From: an uncultured Gammaproteobacteria bacterium
Lineage (GTDB): Bacteria > Patescibacteriota > Microgenomatia > UBA10105 > UBA927
DNA length: 50,115 bases
NCBI GenBank assembly: GCA_964394685.1
Contig: CAYMYO010000005.1
Coordinates: 1 to 50,115, forward strand
Direction: 5' to 3'
Part shown: positions 40,201 through 49,200 of the stretch, one piece after another
How the letters are laid out: every line of letters begins with the position of its first letter
Numbering within the stretch: the stretch's first letter is position 1
Translations under genes and position numbers: made by a program
The notes under the pieces: generated by a model
What the model was told of the DNA's origin: nothing
Databases searched by the model: none
The model's input: the letters and a program-made list of their open reading frames with translations, nothing else

Positions 40201-43200
40201 GCGGTTTTTGAAGAATTTTTCGGAAATTTATGGATTTACCGGCACCCCGGAAACGGTCCGTCAACAGTTTGACAGGATTTACGGAGTAAAACTGGGAACC
40301 GGCGGGATTAATCAGGTTGATTTCGTGTTTGGTACAAAATCTACAACAGGGACATTTGCAGGAGGCGATCATCCTCCAGCTTCACTTCGTGGCGCAACAA
40401 GCGTACAGGATATAGAAATACGTTTAGCAGAAATTCGTGGTTCTCGAACATCCAAATCAAATATTAATTCTGATATTGAAATCATCGTCAATGCTGATCG
40501 TGGAGTGCCTTCGGATGAACTCATCGTCATGCAACAAAAATTACGTCCGGATGCAACCATTATTGTTAATAATCCGAACGGTGAGCATTATAAATTAACT
40601 GCGGTAACCGATAGCGCAGGTACGACAACGTGGCAACGGACGCCACTCAATGAAACTGCAGCGAGAGCGGAAGGGTACGCATCTGCAAAAGACATGATTG
40701 ATGCGGAAATGGCATATGTGCGAAATCAAAAAGGGAAGGCCGTGATGGTGTATGAATTTGGCCAGCATTATGGCGTTGACCGCGTCACGTTACAAAACGA
40801 AGCGTTTACAGTGCTTACCGGTCCTGATACGACAATGACAGAATTATTGCAGGCAATCGGGCGTGACCGCGGACTTAATGGCGGGAATGCATCGAGTGCC
40901 TATTCACAGTTTGACATTATCAAAAGAGGAGAGGGAAATGATCTTATGTATCTTCAACCCGATCAAATTCTTGAGTATGCCTCAAAAACATTTATCGAGA
41001 CGGAGGCGGCGGCAAACCGTCAGGCAGAGCTTCAGGCTGTGGGAAGAATAGCGGAAAATATCGGATTTGACATCCTTTCCCGAATGCAGAATGCGGCAAC
41101 ACCGAAAAGCTTTATGGATAAGGTGACCGGTCGGGGGCTTGATCCGGTTGTTCTAGACCAGCTGACTCGTATTCGCGAAGGGTTGCGTCAACAGGCGGAA
41201 CTTGATTTTTCCATAGGAAAAAGTGAAATTACCGGAAAAGCAGATGTTTTGGAAAAGATAAATACCGTACAGCGATATCTCGCAAGTGAACTTGCGCGGA
41301 TTGAAGCCGATCCAAATCTTGTAAACAGTATTGGAGCAGATGGAATGAAAGTGTTGCGTGATGCAGTTGGGACGAAAGTAGCGTTTACAGAAGCAGATTT
41401 GACCTTAACCGGAAACGGAACTTCCGGAGGGAAGAAAATCGCTATTGTTCCATATAACGATATTAAAACGATTCGTGATTATGTAGATCAACTCAATGCG
41501 GTGATGAAAGAGTCTGATCTTCCGGACACTATCGCCCGCGGAAAAACTCCAACCCAGAAAAATATCGAACCTATTGCAGCACAACAACCAGCCACCCGTC
41601 CCGATCTCACCACCCCCGCCTCCCGCCAGCAGGCAATAACGGCAGGGCAGGAAGCGATCAGGAACTGGCAGGCGGATCCGGCGTTTGTGCGTACACCTGC
41701 CGACAGAGCACAAGTATTAACCGGTTTATCTGCGGTACGAGCTGCAGCAGCAGCTGCGCTTGCAAATGTTGCTCAAGCTCAAGCGGCTCTGGATGCTCTT
41801 GCAAAAGAAGCAAAACCATATCAAGTATCAGCATTACCCGGAGCTAAATTTCAAATGGGCGATGTTGTTGGTACCGTAAAAATTGAAAGCCCTGATCAAC
41901 TTATATTGCGTATACCAAAAACCGGCGGAAGATCGGTAACGACCGCAGATCAAACGACGTTTGATTTTGACAACAACACCTATATTATTGCTCCAAAAGA
42001 TTATACAGGTAACCAGACGAAAGCGGACGTGTTGGCAAAGGGCGGTATTGAAGTAACGGCTGATACGCAAGTAACGCGTCAGGAACCTGTAAATTCAGAG
42101 GCGGCAGAAGAAGCGCGGACTGGGCGTAACTCCGCGCAACAGGCGGCAGCAGAAGCACAGCAGAGTCAGGATACATTTGAAAACGCCGCCCGTGAGGACG
42201 TAGCGACACGGTTGGGGAATGCATTAAGCACAACTACTGATATTCCAGTCACAGCTGTCCAGGCGATTGTGGATTATGAAACCGCGGCAGCGGAAGCAGT
42301 CACCAAGATGCCGGAAGCAGAGGCACAGAATATATCAGACCCAACAGTACTAGATCAAAACGCCACAGTACAAAATGTACGAAAAACAGCAGTGACAGCG
42401 CTTGATGCATATAAAATAGTAAATACCCTTACTTTTGAAACAGATACCGTTTTGAACAGCGTCTCCCATCCGGTGATGCGGGCGTTTATCGCCGCGGCGA
42501 GAGAAGCGTCAGAACAGCCGGCGGCAGTGCAGCCGGAAATCCAGCCTGCGCAGGCGCAAAAAGTCAGATTTAGCCTTATTAACTGGTGGGAAAACACCGC
42601 CAAGCCGTGGATTGTTGATTTTTTTAAACGCGATAAAGCCCCTGTACAGACTGATGTTCTTGAGGAAGAAAAACAGATAGCGCAGAGAACAGTAGAAGAA
42701 TTAGATGTTAAACGTAAACAAGCAGAAACGGCGTTAAATACAGCAAAATCAAAAGAGAAAGAGTTGACGGATTTATTAAAGAAGAGCGCCGATAATAGCG
42801 AAAGCGAGCGCAAGAAGAAGGAAAACAACACCAAGGCCGCAGCCGTAATGCGAGAAGAAACAAGCACGCTCCTGAAGAGAACAATGAGAGAGGCGGCTAT
42901 GTTAATTAACAAACAAGATAATCTTAGTGATATTAAGCCGGAAAACATATTTTCTCAATTGGATTACGCTATTCGATCATTTCTATATCAACAACATTTA
43001 AGTAAACCCGACTATAAGAACGGCGTCATTTTAAAATTTAAAGCCGCAGGATTATCAGATGAAGACGCGATGTCTATTTATAAAGAATTTGAAAATAAGC
43101 TTTATTCCCTGGAAACATTTGATACGATAAAATCTTTGATCATAAGTGGGATAGAATTTGATGAAAAAGACGGAATAAAAGAAATAGAAATAACAGAGGA

Positions 43201-46200
43201 GATGCAACAATTGTATCGTCTGATGATCGGCGACACGCATGCGGATCCGGAGCAGGCAGAGAAAATATTATTCGAGCAAGGAGCAATAACAGTTGATCCA
43301 AAAACCGGTGAGTGGAAATTGAAGGATCCGAATTTGATATTAACGTTCCTTGGTGATTATTTTGACCGCGGGATTAAATTTGACAAAGAGAAACAGCAGT
43401 TTGTTATCAGACCGTATTTGGTGCAATCCGATAAATGGAAGAGGTATGCCCGCCAGCCGGGACTGGAGCTATTAAGGAGGCTAACTGACCTGCGACGCCA
43501 AGCGGAACAAGGCGGCGGAAAGATGATACTGATGGGGGGTAATCATGAGGTTCTATTTTTGGGTGCCGCGCTCGATGATATAAATTCGCATAATTTTGAA
43601 GGCTTCGGAAATTATGGCAAAAACGGGGTTGACAAAGAAGAAGTGCGCTTGGCAAAAAAAGATATAACTGGCCTTCGGACGATGCTTTCTTCTATGGACT
43701 GGGTGGTGATCCGGTCTGGCGGCGGAATACTCCAGCATTCTGATACCGCAATGTATGCCAAGTATCTTTTTCCCGATGAACATTTTGAGGAAACAGCAGA
43801 TGGTTTAATTTCAGAGAGTGACCTACAAAGAATTGTTGAAAGAGTACGAAAACAAGGATTAACAGCACAACAAGCGGCTGGAATGATAAACCGGAATATC
43901 AAAGCGATCATAAAAAGCGGAAACAGATCGCAAGTCATGGAATTGGCACTTGATTTGACGAAGCGCAGTCAATTTATCCATGATAAAGGAATTGCAGATT
44001 TATACAGGCAATTGTTTAAAACAAACAATAAGTTGGCGCCGCAGATTATTCACGGGCACAATGGAAATATTTCTCATAATTACAACAATGGCACTGTTAT
44101 CAACCTCGATTTTCATATAAGCAGGGCGTATAAAGGCGGAGATCAAGTATATAAAGACGATACAATAATTCCCGGTTTGGAAAAGAGGACAAGAAAACAA
44201 GAAGTACCAATAACACAATATACATATCGGTATACACAGCCAAAGGCGATAGAAGTTTTTCCAAATGATTATGTATTTGGACGATTTGCAGTAACAACGA
44301 AGGATTCTTCGGCGGCGCATCAAGCGGAATTGAACCAAGTTAGAAAAAGAATAAAACAACTGGAAACAGAGATACAGGACTTGGATAAGAGTATTGGTAC
44401 AGCAAAAATCACTCTTGACGCAGCTATGAAGATTTTAGATGCACAAACCAAGGTAAATACGGCAATTGCGGCATTGAAAAAAGAAGGATTGAGCCTCGGC
44501 GCGCTTGCGGTGACAGCGGAGATGGCGAAAGACGCCGGCAAGCTCGGCACAGAGTTTGCGAAGCTCACAGGAGAGGCGATTAAACGCGTGCAAGATGTTC
44601 CCGCGCTTGAAAAAATTCAGAATGCCTTTGCTTCTGCAGCGATTATTCCAGCAGGAATTGTCAGAAGCGCTATCGAGGCTGGGGATGTGACAGGTATTGT
44701 CCGTGGCGCAATTGATGAAGCGCGCGTGCGGAAGGCGGAAGAGGAAGTAGTGATGCCCAAGCCAGCAGCAGTCGTTCAGCCCGGAGTTACTTATGCCATG
44801 AAACCATTTAAACATTGGCTTTATGATGAAGTTAATTACGGCGAGACGTTTGCATTACTTACAAATGATAAAAAACAACCTTTATATATCCTTCACAAAG
44901 ATACAGCAGAAAAAATTGTTGCTGCCAGAACAGTAACGTATTCGCGGATTTTTGGTCTTCGGTATGGAAAAGAGGTTGGATTGAGTCCTGAAGAAGTAGC
45001 AAAATTGACTTCAGTTTCTTTAAGTGGCGCGACAACTTTCTACGAAGCACAGATAGCAAGCCGTGATGTTGTGCGTGGTACAAAATCGGCACAACAGATC
45101 AAAAATCTTGCAAAAGCAAAAATTACCGTAGAAAACAGGCAGGAGAATGGCGTCGGAGTTGAAGGATGGGCATATCGGCATGTGAAAAAAGCCATTGAAG
45201 GGAAGCCGGTCGTCAATAAATGGGAAGCATGGCAACCGACGCTTGGTGTTTTCAAATGGTACAAAGACCGCGTGGATGCAGAGAAACTCACTCCATTTAA
45301 TGACGGAACGAGGAACCGTTGGCAACAAGCAGGCAGTACCGCACTGTATTTCCTGACCCGCGCAACAGGAGTTCCGCTTTTTATTGATGTTGGTCGTGTA
45401 GCGAAGTATTTTATGGAAAATCCGTACATGGTCTGGCCGGTGGTGGTGGGAAGCATCATCCCCGCCAGCGTGATTATTGGATCATTTTTTATCGCGCCAG
45501 TGTTTCAAAACTGGATGCTTTGGACAAATTCATTTGTGCCGTGGGTTTTCAGTTCTTTTTCAAATATTTCCTATGTATTTTTTGGACAAAACGGTGTGCC
45601 CGGACTTATTGTATCGGGCATTATAGCCGGTCTCATAACGTCGTTATCTGCTTTGCCGACCCTCAATCCTGTTCTGACCGTTCGCCAAAAGTATGTGACA
45701 ACAACACAAGCACCAAGTCAGCCTTTGGCTGAAATAGCACCTGTTCCTGCGACTCCAGCAAAAAGTAACATTATCCCATCAACAATTACGATAGATCCAT
45801 CAATATTACCAACAACCGATGGAATTGTGGAAGCGGGTATTCAACAATATAAACAATTTATTGCTCAGCTTCCGCCTTCGATTGCAACAAGGATAACGAG
45901 TCATGCGAGTAATGAAATAGATATAAGTGAATATTTACTTGGGGCATTTATTGGAATAAGACCAGAAGATGATCTTGTGTTAATTAACCTTGCATTGAGT
46001 CCAAGCGAAAAAACCATTGTTGAACAAATTCTTTCAGAGGTCAGCGGGGGTAATATGATAGTAATTCCTCATGGTACAAGTGTCGGTATTGATTATTCAT
46101 TAGTGAATCTCAATGCGATAGAAAGAGTAATTCGTAAAAATCCGGCAGCCTTTCCAGCGGAAGCACAAAGCAATCCTAAGCAATGGATTATAGATAATCC

Positions 46201-49200
46201 TGATGCGTGGATTATAAAAGGACATGGCGATAATACAAAGATAACTAGGTATGGGCTAGTAAGTGGTTTCTCGCCATCGTCGATACCTAGATTTGTCGCA
46301 CGAGGTCAGGTACGGAGTGTATTAAGAGTTACAAACACTACGACGGGCGAAACAGAATTTAAATCAGAAATACAGATGTTATTAGGATCAGATTTTCCAA
46401 AATTTCAACAATTACATGATAATGACTATAACGTTCAAAGAACTACAGAAGAAAAAGCCCAATATAAAGCATTGTTACAAAAAATACAAACAACCCTGCC
46501 AATAATAACAAATGAACAAATAGATGCATTAGTTGATGAATTTTCGATTCAAATGCCTGGAAGTCATCAAGCAGGATATTCTGATGCAGATATTACCTAT
46601 ACCAAAGCTCAAGCAGAGTATTATGCCTACGCCAGAGGGAATATAGACGTAATGAGTCCAGTTGCCCCTGCCGCTCCTGCTGTTGATCTTCCTGCCGCCC
46701 GGCAAAAAGTAGCAGATCTTCTTGCCGATGCCAGAACATACAAGGTGTCTGATGTTCCAAGCACAAAAGAAGTCAACGCACTGGCAGATCTCAAACAATT
46801 GAAAGATCTCGAAACACGATTGACCAATGAAATTAAGTCAGGGATTCAAAATGAATTTGTTGAAAAAACTGCTGAATATCGTGCAATTACCGGAGTTGAC
46901 TACGATAAATTATTGCCTGTTGGTGATATTGTTTCGATGAAAGCTGCGGTAACATTATTAGACATAGCAATTGTGAAAAAGCGGATAGAGATACGAATTG
47001 CTGCAAATGAATTGAAAACAAAAGCGAATGAAGATAGTATTCCTGTTACACAACCTACTGGTTTGATACAGAAAATAGTGGTTAGTGTACAAAATAATGT
47101 TGAAGTGTTGAAACGACTCGAAGTGAAAGCACTTCTTGAAAGTATTAATGAGGTCACTGATGAAAATCGATTTGTTGCCCTATATACGTCTATCAACCCT
47201 GCATTTGGTCTATGGAAAACATATCCATCCGCCGTTAACGTGATTCAAGCCATCCAAACGCGGTGGGATGCAATTCAAAAAGTACAACAAGCACTGCCAT
47301 CCGCCCCGGTTGGTATTCAATCAACAATATATAACAATATTCCTGGACTTGACGGGTCGCTCACTCTGATGTGGGACGGGACAGCTATGAAAGCAGTTGT
47401 GAAAGATATAAAAGGCGCGGTGAAAACTTCGTATACCATACCGGAAAAAGAATATGTAGAAATTAAAGAGGCTCCAGGTGTATTTTTGCGCAATTTGCCA
47501 TTTGGAGACATGCCCGGGATAGAATTATCTTCAGGAAGATATGAACGATCAATTGAAATTAAAGACAGTGCGTTAGGAAAAACCTCTTTTTCTTTTGTAA
47601 CAGATAGTACTGGGAACATTTATGGAGCCGATGGAAAAACTCTTATTAAGGAAAATGAATATATATCTATAGATGGATCTACGCGCTATAAAGTTGCATT
47701 TACTGGTAGAGGGTATCTTCTTAAGAAAGACAGGGTAGCAGGTATAAAAGTTGGCGACAAAGCAACTTTGTCAGATGGAAGTGAAATGAAAATTACTGAA
47801 AAAGATCAAATTTTTTACATCGACGGGTGGACACGTGAACAATATAAACAAGCGATAGAGGATAAAAGACCACTACGATCGAGACGTTTTATATCAGGCC
47901 AAAATATACTTGAGTTGTCAACAACTGAAACTAATCCGGAAATGACTGTAGTCTTGATACGCGGCGACAAACATCAAATAGTGACAATCAATTCTAAAAT
48001 AACAGAAGAAACCACGCAGAACATTCCTCTTTCCAGCGATCAAATAGGAGTAACCACTATTGATCCTATACCAATGAAGGATGGGATGCGGTATGCGTTC
48101 TATACGAAAAAAGAAATAGAAGACAAAGTTGATCGTGCGTTGAATACATCAGACCCACAAAATTATGACGCTCAAGCGAGTGCATACAATAGATTGATCA
48201 GGCCACTGTTACAAGGACAGATTAAGATGGAAGATGTAGAAGAACTTCTCAATCAGATCGGAAGAAAAAATACATTAAACATCGATATTCCAACACTTAT
48301 AAAAAGCCTAAAAACAAAACTAGGTATCTCTGTTGATGTTGTTCCAGACTCTGCTTTGCTACCTCAACAAAACGCATTAAAAACAGGGATTGAAGTGTTT
48401 CCAAAACTGACTTTTCTTCAACAACCCGATGGGAGCTATATTCTTCGAGATACGACAGGATCTGTTCAGAAAGATACTATATTGACTGATTATACTGAAG
48501 TTATTTTTTCAGATGGTACGAAATACACATTCCGTTTGAATCAGGATGATGAACCGTACCTCTGGAAAGAAGGCGGTAATGAATTTATCCTTTTGACTGA
48601 AGACGGAATGGAACGGATAGTAAATGAAAAACTTCCTACTGAATGGGCATACCAGATGGGACATGGAAAGAGCGCTGGTATTCAATTGAATTTTGATAGG
48701 ACAATCTCATCTAAACACGCGGTCATTGGCCATACAGCATCAGGATTTTATATAACCGATACAGATTCGACAAATGGGACATACGTGAATAATAAAAATA
48801 TTCTTGATACAGGTAATGAAAAAGTTATACTGCAGGATGCAGACGTGTTAAAGTTGGGAAACCAACAATTCACCGTGCGGATCTATCAAGGAAATCTTTT
48901 TTTACAAGCGTCTGAATACGTTATTCATATCACAGAAGAGGGAGAAGTTGCCGCTGATGCAAAGCAGCCTAAAAAAATAACCGTCAATATGCCAACCATT
49001 GCAGTTGGTGTTGGTGCGGGAACGGCATACCACATGAAAAAGTCCAATAGCAATCCTGGCTCTGGTGAAGATTATTTTGGGAGCGGCCAAACAGGAATTA
49101 TTGCTGTTGCTGATGGTGTTTCAGCACGTGTTGCTTCCCATTCTCCCGAAGGGTCGAAATTTATCGTTGAGAACATGATACCGGTGATGAAACAAACGCA

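Noticed and set aside
42923-42955. LSDIKPENIF resembles a Hanks kinase catalytic loop
   Set aside because: There is no preceding HR/YR, Gly-loop, VAIK or following DFG. It sits after a coiled coil and is probably coincidental.
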